Source of the DNA: Vulcanimicrobiota bacterium
GTDB taxonomy: Bacteria > Vulcanimicrobiota > Vulcanimicrobiia > Vulcanimicrobiales > Vulcanimicrobiaceae
Direction of reading: 5' to 3'
Length of the DNA stretch: 64,000 nt
NCBI GenBank assembly: GCA_963777315.1
Contig: CAVZQC010000002.1
Location: 384,001 to 448,000 of the forward strand
The position numbers and the translations under genes are program-made. The stretch's first letter is position 1; every line of letters starts with the position of its first letter. A model generated the notes under the pieces. It searched no databases, was not told where the DNA came from, and worked only from the letters and a program-made list of their open reading frames with translations. This document shows positions 1 through 10,830 of the stretch, one piece after another.

Positions 1-59
1 TAATCCCGCACGGCCAAACCGGTGCGGGCGGCCCCGGGGCGTCGGCTTCTTTTTCCGAT

Positions 60-76
60 ACCGTTACGGTAACGGT
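60..76. promoter_or_regulatory. 17-bp palindrome ACCGTTAC-G-GTAACGGT upstream of the Csu-type operon; candidate operator
   Basis: Perfect 8-bp inverted repeat with 1-nt spacer, 9 nt before the ATG at 86. Confidence 0.35.
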
Positions 77-85
77 GAACTTTTG

Positions 86-604
86 ATGAAGGCGATATTC
101 CTCATTGCGGGCATGTCGGTGATTGCAGCCGCACCCGCGCTGGCCATGACGGCGCCCGCGGCGCACGCGAAACGAACCTCGACGCTGACGATCAAAGGTT
201 CGGTGTCCACCGCGTGCTCGCTCACGACATCCTCGTTCACGTTCACTATCGGCATCGGTTACATCCACGCGCCCGGCAACGCCATCCTCAAGCAGAACAT
301 GCTTGCGGTCAGATGTACCAAAGGTGCGTCGACAAAAATCGCGATGAACACGGGCCTGTACGGCAGCGCAGCCGGCGTGAAATTCGGGAGCAGATCGATG
401 AAGGATTCCAGCGGGGATGTCATGGGCTACGAGCTGTGCCACGACAACGCGTGCTCCGCCATTTGGACGCCGCAAGGATATAATTACGTGTCGCCAGGCG
501 ATCGCGGTTCCGCGCTGCCCGTTTGGACGCGCATCCTAACGGGGCAGCCGCATGTAAACCAGGGCTCGTACAGCGATTCCGTGACGGTCACGATTAACTT
601 CTAA
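86..604 (+). CDS. Csu-type (spore coat protein U domain) fimbrial major subunit
   Basis: Signal peptide; paired Cys (TACSL...VRCTKG); RSM...YEL; C-terminal GSYSDSVTVTINF typical of SCPU pilins; upstream of chaperone and usher. Confidence 0.85.
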   Translation: MKAIFLIAGMSVIAAAPALAMTAPAAHAKRTSTLTIKGSVSTACSLTTSSFTFTIGIGYIHAPGNAILKQNMLAVRCTKGASTKIAMNTGLYGSAAGVKFGSRSMKDSSGDVMGYELCHDNACSAIWTPQGYNYVSPGDRGSALPVWTRILTGQPHVNQGSYSDSVTVTINF

Positions 605-612
605 AGGCAGTG

Positions 613-921
613 ATGAAACTATCGATTTGTCTCGCCCTAGCCCTGCCGGCGGTTTCCATAACGGCCGGCCCGGCGCCCGCAAAAACGGCTGCCGCCACAA
701 TTGCGGAAAGCGCGCACGTCGTACCGGGAAACAGCGTGAGCGCATATATCGTAGGCGGCGAACTGATCACCGACGTGCGCAATGATGCGCTGCAATCGCC
801 GCAGGCGGCGTACGATGAGCCCCCGTTCGTGCGCGTCAGCTTTGAAATGCAACCTTCCTGGCGTCTCGTCAAACGCGTTAGCTGGAATAAAAGTCAGCGC
901 CGGCTCACCATCGATTTTTGA
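613..921 (+). CDS. small secreted hypothetical protein in fimbrial operon
   Basis: Signal-peptide-like N-terminus; fills the pilin-chaperone gap; ends RRLTIDF. Confidence 0.6.
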   Translation: MKLSICLALALPAVSITAGPAPAKTAAATIAESAHVVPGNSVSAYIVGGELITDVRNDALQSPQAAYDEPPFVRVSFEMQPSWRLVKRVSWNKSQRRLTIDF

Positions 922-929
922 GGTTCAAC

Positions 930-1697
930 ATGTTTTCTTTCCGCACGAGCTGCCTGTTGTCGTTCGCCGCATTACTCGGCACGATGTTTGCGTCGCCCAT
1001 ACCCGCGTCCGCGGGCGCCTTTAACGTCAAACCGATTCGAGTGTTCTTGAGCAAGGACACCGGGAGCACGATTCTGACGATCGAAAATCAGGCGCCCAGC
1101 GTCCTGCGCCTGCAAGTGCGCGCCTTCGCCTGGACGAACGATAGGAACGGCCAGCCGATCCTTACGCCCAGCGACGATCTCATCGTATTCCCCACGCTCG
1201 TCGACGTAATGCCTATGGAACGGCGCAGCATTCGCATCGGCTTTAGCGGCAGCGCGGCGGCTAAGGAGTTGACCTACCGTGTTGCATTGGACGAAATGCC
1301 GTCGCTCGAGAGTCAGCTGAGCCGCAGCAGACAGCCCGGCCTAGAAGTTCGCACGCGAATCACCGTGCCGGTGTTTTTTACGCCCTTGATAACCACGCAG
1401 AAGGCTGAGATCGGCGACGTATCGGTGCGGCACGGCGTCGCGGACGTGAGCTTTACGAATGTCGGCAACGTGCATGCCACGGTGGCCGCCGCAGAAATAG
1501 TCGGGCGCGACGCGAGCGGTGCAAAGATCGTCGACAAACGGATTAACGGTTGGTACGTGCTCGCGGGGCAAAGTTGGCAGCTTCAGGCAAATCTCGGACG
1601 CTCGTGCAGCCGCGTGAAGTCGATTTCCGTGAACGTGCAGAGCGACATCGGCCGCTTCGAACGAACGACCGGCGTCGCGGCATTCGGCTGTAAGTAA
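930..1697 (+). CDS. fimbrial periplasmic chaperone (PapD/CsuC-like)
   Basis: Signal peptide; VKPIRVFL, QVRAFAW, LIVFPTL, YRVALDEMP, ITVPVFFTP, NVGNVH motifs; GAGG RBS before ATG 930. Confidence 0.9.
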   Translation: MFSFRTSCLLSFAALLGTMFASPIPASAGAFNVKPIRVFLSKDTGSTILTIENQAPSVLRLQVRAFAWTNDRNGQPILTPSDDLIVFPTLVDVMPMERRSIRIGFSGSAAAKELTYRVALDEMPSLESQLSRSRQPGLEVRTRITVPVFFTPLITTQKAEIGDVSVRHGVADVSFTNVGNVHATVAAAEIVGRDASGAKIVDKRINGWYVLAGQSWQLQANLGRSCSRVKSISVNVQSDIGRFERTTGVAAFGCK

Positions 1698-1702
1698 CCG
1701 AG

Positions 1703-3991
1703 ATGCGCCGGCAGCTATGCGCGATGCTGTGCGCAATTCTTCTATTGGTCTCGGCGGGCACCGCCGTTGCCGACGAGCAGCGCGCCATGCTTACGCTTCG
1801 CGTCAATATGCTTGCCAAGCAAGACGTCACCGTCACGCTTCGCGACGGCGACATTCTGGTGCGCCGCTCGGATCTCCAAGACGCAGGCCTGCGAGGATTC
1901 GCATTCGACGACACGGGAAAACCGTCCGATCTCATCCCGCTCTCGAGCCTGCAGCCTGCACTGAAGTATCACGTCGACGACCGCACCTTGGTGCTGGATA
2001 TAACGGTTACCCCCGAGCACTTGGAAACGACGTTGGTGGATTACCGGTCCCGCGAGGACATTGCGCTCTCCAAGCCGGTCAAAAGCGCATTCTTGAACTA
2101 CTCCGTATCAACGTCGAACCAAACCGGCGCCGCGTTCTCCGGCGAATTCGGAACGCATCTGGGCGCCGGCATGTTCTCGAGCACGGTGAGCGTCGCTGCC
2201 AATCAGCAGTATCGCAGCAACATTACTCGGTGGATTCTGGATTCTCCGCAATCGGATCGGCGCTTGACGATAGGAGACGTAGTGACGACGACCGGTGATT
2301 TGGGCGGCACCGTCGCCATCGCCGGCTTTGGGCTGCAACGCTACTTCGGGCTCAATCCCGACACCGTCAGGACGGTGCTGCCGCAGATCACCGGAAGCGC
2401 TTTGACGCCCTCAACCGCCGACGTCTACGTCAACGGTATATTGTACCGGCACGAGACTCTTCCGCCCGGTCAATTCAACTTCCAGAATCTTCCGATTTCC
2501 GAAGGCCCGAATACCACGACGATCGTCGTCACCGATGCCTTCGGCCGCCGGCAGACGTACTCGAACACGTTTTACGGCGCCGATACGCTGCTGGCAAAGG
2601 GTTTGAGCGACTTCAGCTACGGAGTCGGCGTGCTGCACTCTCAATTTGGCGAGCAGACCGGTCACGGTGCCGCAATTGCGGGCCGGTACGCGCAGGGATT
2701 CACGGACGACGTGACGGGAGGGGGACGGCTGGAGATCTCCGGATCGATCGTCAGCGGTGGACCAGCATTCACGTTTCGCTTGCCGCAGGGCGTTTTCGGA
2801 GTAGAAGCAGCGTTGAGCCGTGCCGCATCGGGAAGCGGGGACGCGGCACTGGTTTCATACCAGCACAGCGGCGCACGGATGACGGGTGGATTGTCGCTGA
2901 CGATTGAGTCGGCGCACTACTCGTCATTAGCGCTTGCGGCATTTCAAGACCGGCCCGTGCTCAATGGAACGTTCACGCTGGCCGAACAGCTCGACAGCCG
3001 CCATGCCGTGAGCGTTTCGTACCTGCGCCAGCAAGATCGCGACAACGGCGCTCAAAGCGGCTGGCAAGTGTCGCAAACGGCTTTACTCTCCGATTCGACG
3101 CAACTGCAAGTTTCCGAAAATTTGACGGGCGGCGCCGCGGGCAGGCAGTTCGGAATCGTAACGAGCTTGAACTTCATTCCCCGGCGAGGATACAACGCCA
3201 GCCTGACGGCGTCGCAGGCGGGGGGCCATACTCAGGCCCAAGTGCAGATCGGCCGCGCGCTGTCATCGGAAACGCCGGCATTCGGTTATACGGTAAGTGC
3301 GACGACTTCCCAAGCAAGCGCCTCGGGTTTCGCATCGGCCGATTACCGCGGGCAGTACGGCGACTACATTACGGACATCGGCGTGGGAGCGGGACAGGCC
3401 GCGTTCGACCTCACCGTTGCCGGCGGTCTGGTTTTTATCGGCGGCAAACTGTTCCCCACGCAGTCGATCAATGACAGTTACGCGCTGGTCGACACCGGCG
3501 GCCTGGCCCACGTGCGTATTTTGGCCAACAACGTCGTTGTCGGGCGCACCGACAAGCACGGGTACCTGCTGGTTCCGCAACTGGGGTCGTATTACAATAA
3601 CAACATAACGATTGCAAGCGCCGATACGCCGCTGAACTACAGCATCGACTCCGAAACGCAGCGCCTTGCCCCAATGTACCGCTCGGGCGACGTCGTGCAG
3701 TTTGGCGTCAACCGCGTACATCCGGTCACCGGCAGCGTTACGGTACGAATGGGCCGCACACTCGTGGTGCCGGCGTACGGCATACTGGAAGTAGAGGCCG
3801 GAGCCGGTCCGGTTACCTCGGACATCGGCGAAAACGGCGAATTTTATTTCGACAAGCTCGCCGGCGGCATCCATCACGCCCATATTACCTTCAAAGGCGG
3901 CGAATGCCGCTTCGATCTCATGGTTCCCGGCAGCAAGTCGATGTTCATAAAGCTCGGCGCCCTCGTATGCGCCAATGGAGTACGGTCATGA
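1703..3991 (+). CDS. fimbrial outer-membrane usher (CsuD-like)
   Basis: 762 aa; SAFLNYS, LTIGDV, DVYVNG..LPPGQF, TDAFGR, VGRTDKHGYLLVP; C-terminal Cys pair. Confidence 0.93.
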   Translation: MRRQLCAMLCAILLLVSAGTAVADEQRAMLTLRVNMLAKQDVTVTLRDGDILVRRSDLQDAGLRGFAFDDTGKPSDLIPLSSLQPALKYHVDDRTLVLDITVTPEHLETTLVDYRSREDIALSKPVKSAFLNYSVSTSNQTGAAFSGEFGTHLGAGMFSSTVSVAANQQYRSNITRWILDSPQSDRRLTIGDVVTTTGDLGGTVAIAGFGLQRYFGLNPDTVRTVLPQITGSALTPSTADVYVNGILYRHETLPPGQFNFQNLPISEGPNTTTIVVTDAFGRRQTYSNTFYGADTLLAKGLSDFSYGVGVLHSQFGEQTGHGAAIAGRYAQGFTDDVTGGGRLEISGSIVSGGPAFTFRLPQGVFGVEAALSRAASGSGDAALVSYQHSGARMTGGLSLTIESAHYSSLALAAFQDRPVLNGTFTLAEQLDSRHAVSVSYLRQQDRDNGAQSGWQVSQTALLSDSTQLQVSENLTGGAAGRQFGIVTSLNFIPRRGYNASLTASQAGGHTQAQVQIGRALSSETPAFGYTVSATTSQASASGFASADYRGQYGDYITDIGVGAGQAAFDLTVAGGLVFIGGKLFPTQSINDSYALVDTGGLAHVRILANNVVVGRTDKHGYLLVPQLGSYYNNNITIASADTPLNYSIDSETQRLAPMYRSGDVVQFGVNRVHPVTGSVTVRMGRTLVVPAYGILEVEAGAGPVTSDIGENGEFYFDKLAGGIHHAHITFKGGECRFDLMVPGSKSMFIKLGALVCANGVRS

Positions 3992-4512
3992 CACGGATCT
4001 TTTGGCATGGGCTCTTCATCACGGTGGCGGCGATCGCCGCGGTAATCTGCGCGCCTGCCGGCGCGCGTGCCGCAGGCTGCACGGTGAACTCGCCCATTTC
4101 CGACCTGGTCGCCGGCTACAACCCTTTTGCCGGAGCGACGGCGACGCTGACCATCGCATCCGGGACGGTCAGCGTGACGTGCTCGCACGAAAATAACGTG
4201 GTCGTAAAGGTCTTCGTTTCAGGCGCGTCAGCAGGATATACCACGCCGTTCCTTACTTACGGCCCGAACGGCTTTGCCTTGCAGTACACGATGTGCGTAC
4301 CCGGGACTTCGCCTTGCAATTCGGGGACGAACGTTTGGAACACGACGACGGGGTTTTACTCGTATACGACACCGGCCAACAACGGCAACAATACGCAGCT
4401 CGTGCCCTCATTTCAAATCTCTCTGGCCCAGCAGGACGCCCCATACGGCACGACGTCGCAATACACCGGAAACCTGTTCTTTACTACGACGTGCGGCGGC
4501 GTCGCGTGCTAG
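3988..4512 (+). CDS. Csu-type (SCPU) fimbrial minor/tip subunit
   Basis: ATGA overlap with usher stop; signal peptide; GCTV...YNPF...VSVTC, LQY, YTGNL. Confidence 0.75.
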   Translation: MTRIFWHGLFITVAAIAAVICAPAGARAAGCTVNSPISDLVAGYNPFAGATATLTIASGTVSVTCSHENNVVVKVFVSGASAGYTTPFLTYGPNGFALQYTMCVPGTSPCNSGTNVWNTTTGFYSYTTPANNGNNTQLVPSFQISLAQQDAPYGTTSQYTGNLFFTTTCGGVAC

Positions 4513-5682
4513 ATCGTCGACGATTGTCTGCAAGAAAGCTCCGGCCGGTCCGGAAGTGCGCATCGCAACGACTTGCGGAATTCCCGCGATGCGCGCGGGC
4601 GCGGCAAGCGCCGAACGAACCGCGGCGATCGACCACGCTCGCAGCCGCCCTTTAAAAAAAGGCCGCTCTGCCGCCACAGAGAACGCCATGCCGGCGCCCA
4701 GCGCGCCTGCGCCGGCGAGCGCCAGCGCCGCATACGGCGGAAGCTGCGCGCTCAGCGCGCGATTGAGCACTCCTACAACCGGCTCGTGCACCAGATAAAT
4801 GCCGTACGAAAAGACGCCGATCGACGCAAGACAACGAGCTGAAAGCAGCTTCGCAAGGAAAGGTACCGAACCAGCGGATACCACGAACGCAAAAGCGGCC
4901 AGCTGCCATAAGGGCGAAAGCGAATATCCCCACGCCGGCCACGGATTGCTCAGCAGCGCCAGAGCGAGGAGCGTAACGAACGCAGCCGGCGCAAATCGCG
5001 CGCGGCTATCCCGCGTAACGTCCACGTGTGCGGCGACTATTCCCAACATGAACGCCGGCAGGGTTGCAAAGTCGACGCCGCCGGCGCGCGTGAGAAACGC
5101 GAGCATCGGCGCGCCGATTGCGATGAAGGCGAAAGCTGGGGCGATTTTATCCACACGTAGAGCAAGACCGGGAAGGCGAAATACCAGCGAAATTCTATTG
5201 CCAGCGTCCAAAACGAGGCGTTCAGCAACGGCACGCGATCGAAAAACAACGCCTGCGACACGATCTCCCCGAACGATACGCCGTGCTGCGCAAGCGCGGG
5301 GGGCGGCGGAAAGTGCAAAGCGTAAAGCGCTTGGAGCCCTGCCCAGATCAGCGCAATGGAGGCAACGTACGGAGGCAGTATGCGAATCAACCGTCGCGCG
5401 GCGTAAGCTCAAAACGTCAAAGTCGGCGTTGCCGGACGTGTGGATCCGTTTGAGCGTGGGATACGCCAGGCAAAATCCGGATAGTACAAAGAAGAGGTCG
5501 ACCCCGTGAGACCCTTGCCGTAAGAGCATGGTGACGATCGTATGAGGAGCATTCGCCACACCGCGATTCGACAACGCGGCGTGAAAGGCGATGACGGACA
5601 GGACCGCGATCGCTCGCAGGCCGTCAATGTGGGCCAGGCGTTGGCGGGGCAATCTATGCAGCCGAGCCGATTCGTTCTGCAT
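4509..5682 (-). CDS. acyltransferase-3 (OafA/YrhL-like) membrane O-acyltransferase, interrupted by compensating indels
   Basis: IDGLRAIAVLSVIAFH, GVDLFFVLSGF, then RRLIRILPPY and FWTLAIEFRWY in another frame (5037-5390 ORF), then SYGIYLVH. Indels near 5405 and 5140. As written the frame runs to 4408; a third indel near 4541 would end it at 4509. Confidence 0.8.
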
Positions 5683-7099
5683 GAGCCTCACGAACCGCTC
5701 CCGCAAAGCGCCGTCTGCGCAGTACGCCGCTTTGTACCGTTGCCAGTGAAATGACGGCCAGTAATCCGATCCACGTAGGCAGCCGGGCGAGCAGCCACGC
5801 CGGCCGCAAGGTCGAGGAATCCAGGGCAAAAGGCGCCCATTCATGTTGCGAAAGGCCGACCGCTATCGGCGTGGTGGCGAATGCACGCGCGTGGTGCAGA
5901 AACGGAACGCCGGGCGCTGCCAGCAAGCCGATCATTGCGAATGCCGCACACGCGGCTGCCGTTGCGATCGCGCGCGCGTTGCCCTTGTAAACGTACGCCG
6001 CAAAAACGGCGACCGGGAAAACCGGTGCGGCTGCCGCGGCATATGGAACGAACGACACCCACGGTACGGCGACCAACAACGGGACGCCGGCTGCGACGAC
6101 GCGCCGCGCGTTTGAAGCCAGCAGGAGCGCTGCGGGAATCGCCACTGCGATGTCGTTGATGTGCACGTACGAGCCGCCGAAAACCGCGAACGCCGGCGGT
6201 ACGAATACCGTTAGAGCGCTCATTCGTTTCCGCCGCGCCGCCAAGCCGCCCACTACGACTCCCAAAACCAGCATGAGGCCGTAGAACGCGGCGCCGGCAC
6301 GAACGGCTGCCGCGTCGCCCACGCCTGCATTCACCAGCAAGGTGGTCAGGCTGTACTGCGCGTCTCCTCCGGCTTCGGCCAATGCTTGAGCCGGCAATAC
6401 GTGCATGACGTACTCGATGTTTGCCATTCGGCCTACGGCTGCAATCGACAATGCGCCCAGTGCGAGCGCTGCCGTGCCCAACACCCATCGCGTGCGCGGC
6501 ACCCACAAGAAAAGCGCCAAGCACACGGGCAGGCCGAGATGCGGTTCGATCGTGCTTATGGAAGCAGCTATTGCGGCGGTGCGCCATTGGCCGCGGTATG
6601 CAAACCAGCCGGCAAGGCAGATCGCCCCCAGTGCAACCGGAACGAGCTGCCCGAACGGAAGGGAGCCGCCGCCGATCGCAAAAGAAAAAAGCACCGCCAT
6701 AACGCCGGGAGGAACGGCGGTAATGCGCGCCGCGGTAACGACGCAAACGGCCGATGCGAACACGATCAGTAACGCAAAAAGCGCCGCCGCCGCGCCGAAA
6801 GGCAACCGTGCAAACGGTACGAACAGCGCTAAAGCGTATCCCGGCAGCGGCGCTGGAATAACCATCGCGGGATACTTGCGGAAAGCCGGTTTCCCGGAAA
6901 GATCTTCGCAGTCCCGTAACGGCTCGGTGCGATACGGATCGGCGCCTTGCGCAATGGCCTTGCCTGCGCAGTAAAACGCGCGAAAATCCGCCATGACGTA
7001 TCCGGTGTGCCGGATCTTGAGTGTAGCGAACATCGCCGGCAGAATTGCTAGGCATATCAAGACCGCAGTGACGGCGGTTTTGCGCACGCCGGCAGTCAA
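5654..7099 (-). CDS. GT87/DUF2029-like GT-C membrane glycosyltransferase
   Basis: DFRAFYCAG..GADPY, PAPLPGY..LFVPFARLP, GQ, EPHLG; many TM segments. Confidence 0.7.
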   Translation of the reverse strand: MTAGVRKTAVTAVLICLAILPAMFATLKIRHTGYVMADFRAFYCAGKAIAQGADPYRTEPLRDCEDLSGKPAFRKYPAMVIPAPLPGYALALFVPFARLPFGAAAALFALLIVFASAVCVVTAARITAVPPGVMAVLFSFAIGGGSLPFGQLVPVALGAICLAGWFAYRGQWRTAAIAASISTIEPHLGLPVCLALFLWVPRTRWVLGTAALALGALSIAAVGRMANIEYVMHVLPAQALAEAGGDAQYSLTTLLVNAGVGDAAAVRAGAAFYGLMLVLGVVVGGLAARRKRMSALTVFVPPAFAVFGGSYVHINDIAVAIPAALLLASNARRVVAAGVPLLVAVPWVSFVPYAAAAAPVFPVAVFAAYVYKGNARAIATAAACAAFAMIGLLAAPGVPFLHHARAFATTPIAVGLSQHEWAPFALDSSTLRPAWLLARLPTWIGLLAVISLATVQSGVLRRRRFAGAVREAHAERIGSAA

Positions 7100-8494
7100 G
7101 GAGTTACGACGATCGGGTGGACGATGCTCTGCTCGGAATTGCCGCGGGTTACCGTTGCCACGATCATGTACTTCGTGGCCACCGAAACGGCCGGCAGGCG
7201 CAACGCAAGGGGCGCCGTCGGAAGAGCCGGGTCGCCCTCGGCTGCCAAAACTCCGGATTCGTCGTTGAGCTCGATGTGGACGTCTCCGCGAGCGTTGTCT
7301 ACCCGAACGACGATCGTCTCGCCCGCGCGTCCGACATTGCTGGACAGATGCAGCACCGGCGTACCGGCGGAAGGCGACGGCGAAGTCGCACCCGTCGACG
7401 CGCTATCGCCGGCAATTGCATCCGAAGGCAGCACCGCTATGCCGACGCTGTCCTGCGCTTGCGCTCCGCCGCCGACCGCGTGCAGCACGACGCGCATATT
7501 GCGTCCGCCCGCAGCCTGCGGCACGATCAGGGAGCTGCTGCCCGCGGGCGAAATTGCAGCACTCGCCCACGTTCTGCCGCTTCCGTCAATCAGCCATAAT
7601 TGGCCGCCGCTCGCGCGAGTCACATCAGCTCACCCGAAGAACGCTCCCCGCTTTGACCGTTGCGGTATCCACCGAGAGTTCGTCGATCAGCGCGCTCGGA
7701 TCGGATTTGTGTGCAATGGCGCGTGGGATAGGCGGCACGGTCGCCGCTGCGGCGACGGTTGCGGTGCGCTCGACGGTAAGAAACGCGCCGTGCAGTCGCA
7801 GGTGCAGTGTATACGGTGCGCCGGCGCCGCTTCGCGGAACGGTGAAACGCAGGACGCCGGATTTTGAACCAGCCAATCCGGCAGCGAGTTGCGCGCCGTC
7901 TTTCGTGAGCAGTTCGTAGTCTATCGTCCCCAACCCCGAGGCGACGTACGGAACGCGCAGCAGGCCGCCTGAAAAAGCCTTTGCGGGCGCGGAGAGCGCT
8001 TCGATGCGCGGAACCGCCAGAGCGGCCATTCCGAGCAGCAGGATCGCCGCGACCGCAGCTGCTGCGATTTGCAGCCGTTGCGTGTGCGGACGAGACGGCG
8101 CCGGCGCCTCAATCGTAAATTGCGATTCGAGCGACGCTACTTCAAGGACCACACGCTCGAAACGGCCCACCTGGTTCAGGCGAACCGGCACGAGCTCGTC
8201 TTTGTGGCAAAACGGCGCGACGATAAAATCGCGCGGATATGCGGGAATGAATTCGTTGGATGCGGTCACACACCAGAGCCGCGTGGACACTTTGCCGGCC
8301 GTATCGTTGAGCAGCCGGATTGCGTACGTGGCCGTGCCGTTCTTGGGATCGCAGGCTACGAGCGCCAAGAAAGCGGCGATCGTGCCGTCCGCGACTGCAA
8401 TCCGGGACTGGAATCCGAACGGAAACCCGTGCGCGGACTGCGTTGAGATCTGTGCCGGAAAGCCGACTGCGGGCAGCGCGAGAGACGAATTCAT
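7096..8494 (-). CDS. membrane-anchored hypothetical protein with beta-rich extracytoplasmic domains (one apparent frameshift near 7626)
   Basis: ORFs 7625-8896 and 7096-7623 join as LRVSYVTRAS if one base is removed; single TM (IAAAAVAAILLLGMAALAV); about 465 aa restored. Confidence 0.6.
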
Positions 8495-8502
8495 CTTACC
8501 GA

Positions 8503-9126
8503 TCAAGGACAGCCGGTGGATGACCAGCCCCACCCAAACGGAAGCGTGACGGTTTCTGTGGCGGTTAGCGCATCGTGCACCGCATCCCGAGTTTTTGCAA
8601 TGCACGTGAGGATTGAGCCCGGCCACGCCGGATGAACCCAGGGCTCGGATGCGGTTATCGCGGTCGGCCCGGAAAACAGCGGCTGCAAAAATGTCGGAAC
8701 GCCGGCATATGCCGACATCTGCACGTTTCCCTGAGTAATATAACGCGACATGAGGAACGACGCGCCGCCCAAGTTTATCGTCTGCAGCGTGCAACTCGAC
8801 GATGGCGCGGGCGCCGACGGCTGCCAATAGGGCGCAGTAGTGGGTCCGGGGAACGGCGAACTGTTGTACAACGGCCCAATCGGCGGCGCTTGGCACACAC
8901 CACTGCCCGAGTTTGCCGCGACGTAAATGTCGGCCGCGCTATACGCCGGCGCCGAGCTGTCGTTGAACGCCACCAGTGCTCCGTACCGGATGGCGATTTG
9001 CATCCTTTGCGAGATGACGCCCAGCTGGCTGAAGTAAATAACCCCGAACAGCACCAGCAGGAGTATGGGCACGAAGAATGCCGTCTCGACCAGCGCCTGT
9101 CCGCGAGAGAAATGTCCGGCGCGCAT
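8503..9126 (-). CDS. tadE: TadE-like pseudopilin
   Basis: RGQALVETAFFVPILLLVLFG prepilin motif (G|xxxxE) plus IRYGAL. Confidence 0.85.
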   Translation of the reverse strand: MRAGHFSRGQALVETAFFVPILLLVLFGVIYFSQLGVISQRMQIAIRYGALVAFNDSSAPAYSAADIYVAANSGSGVCQAPPIGPLYNSSPFPGPTTAPYWQPSAPAPSSSCTLQTINLGGASFLMSRYITQGNVQMSAYAGVPTFLQPLFSGPTAITASEPWVHPAWPGSILTCIAKTRDAVHDALTATETVTLPFGWGWSSTGCP

Positions 9127-9128
9127 GG

Positions 9129-10028
9129 CTAGCACGTCACGCTCGCCGCGGATTTGTACGGCTGAATCGACGCCCCCGAATACCAATTCATGTCAACGAG
9201 CAAATTGCTGAAGTTCACCGTGAAATACGTCGAATTTCCGGTGGAGGCGGGGTCTTCGCTGTTCTGGTAGGTCGTGCCGGAAGCCGGCGCAGGGTTGAAA
9301 TATTCGCTGAAGCCCGGCGGCGGGCTGGGAGCGCCCGCCGGTGAAGCCGGCGGCGTACCGGACGCGATCAGAGGCACTGCGACGGCAGCCGCCTGCGCCA
9401 AGGCCAGAAAGGACGCCCCGGCGCTCAAGCCCATCAACTGCGGTGCAAAGTACGGGACCTTGCGGCAGGCCACGACGTCGATTTGGCGGCGGCCCTGCTT
9501 TTTGTTTTTGCCCGTATACTGCGAACCGTCCAAATATGTGTACGTGAACGCGCTGTCGTGTGCCGATCCGTTGCTCAAGGCTTTCTTTTCGTCGGCCTGC
9601 TGGCCGCCCTCGGTGTAGTTGTCCGCTTCCTGCATGGTGGTATAGAGATTTTGGTATGCGCCCAGCGCCGAGTTGTACTCGTTCAGCAGGCTGGTGTATT
9701 GCGTTTGGCACTGAGAGGCCGAGTGCGAAACCGGCGGCAACTGACAGAAGTTGATGTTGTTCAATATCGCCTGCGTGAGATAGCGCAGCCGGTATTCGTC
9801 TACTGCCGAGGAGTACAGTAAAGTCGTCTCCTGGTTGAGCACGTTCGCAGTCGGCGAGAGCGCGGCTTGGGCGGCCGAATCGGCAGCATTTTGGGCGTGG
9901 ATTTGCCAGAGGATCGTGTTGGCGTAGCTGGCGACGAAGAAAACGAGCGCCAGGACGAGCGCAACGCTGATGGCCCAAAACGGAATGGTCTGGCCGCGCT
10001 CGGACTCGCGAAATTTCAGCACGCGCAT
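9129..10028 (-). CDS. tadG: TadG-like pilus assembly protein
   Basis: ERGQTIPFWAISVALVL..., AQNAADSAAQAA Tad_N motif. Confidence 0.85.
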   Translation of the reverse strand: MRVLKFRESERGQTIPFWAISVALVLALVFFVASYANTILWQIHAQNAADSAAQAALSPTANVLNQETTLLYSSAVDEYRLRYLTQAILNNINFCQLPPVSHSASQCQTQYTSLLNEYNSALGAYQNLYTTMQEADNYTEGGQQADEKKALSNGSAHDSAFTYTYLDGSQYTGKNKKQGRRQIDVVACRKVPYFAPQLMGLSAGASFLALAQAAAVAVPLIASGTPPASPAGAPSPPPGFSEYFNPAPASGTTYQNSEDPASTGNSTYFTVNFSNLLVDMNWYSGASIQPYKSAASVTC

Positions 10029-10030
10029 CG

Positions 10031-10830
10031 CTATCCGCAGGAGTTTTTCTTCTTGGCAAAACCGCTCATCGACGATTGCGCTCCCCAGAGTGAACCTTGG
10101 GCGTCGAATGCGTATAAATTTGCGACGACTGAACTTTTGCTGGTCGCATCGTACGTCCCGGCGGCAAACGAAGTCGGGCGCGTCGATGGCCATGCCGGCG
10201 TCGAAACGCTCACGCCTGAATTGCTCGAGCCGCCGGGAAACAGCGCCTCGCGGCAGTTCCACTCCGCGAATTGCCCACCGCAACTGCCATTGCAGTTGGA
10301 GTGGGCACGTCGTACTGCGCGATATACAGCGGGTGGTTCGTCACACAAGTCGCTACGGTGGTGCCGCAATAGTTTGCAAGGCTCGCCTGCACACCGAATA
10401 GCGAGGTGGTTGCGGGCGCAACGCTCCCGGCGTTGACGATCGGCTCGACGTCCATGCCGAGCACATTGGGAGCCGGAGGCGCCGAATTGGTCAAACCCAG
10501 CCCATTGGGAGACAGCGCAATTCCGGTCGAATTTTTGGCGACGACGACCTGCAGCGTGCTGGATGAGGCCGGGTAGGTCAACGTCATGTCGCCGCTCTTC
10601 ACGTTGGGAAACGGCGCGGCTATCACGCCTTGAGCGTACGTCTGATCGCTCGACGCACTGCCGGTCGAATTGATGCCCGCCGCGTGAGCTGCGACGAACG
10701 CGGCGCCTTCGGCAGTAGACTGCGTGTACCCCAATAGCGTCAACTGCGCAACGGCAAACAGCAGAGCCAGCGAAACGGCTATTGTAATAAGAGTCTCGGG
10801 CAGTGCCGCGCCGGCACTCGAGCGCCTCAT
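10031..10830 (-). CDS. tadE: second TadE-like pseudopilin (apparent frameshift near 10304)
   Basis: SAGAALPETLITIAVSLALLF, AEGAAFVAAHAA; continues in the 10031-10369 frame after YIAQYDV; about 266 aa restored. Confidence 0.7.

Noticed and set aside
5..58. Hairpin with GGCCAAACC and a T-rich tract upstream of the pilin, resembling a c-di-GMP-I riboswitch
   Set aside because: No GAAA tetraloop, no GACGCAAAG junction and no P3 stem; more likely a plain hairpin or terminator of an upstream gene
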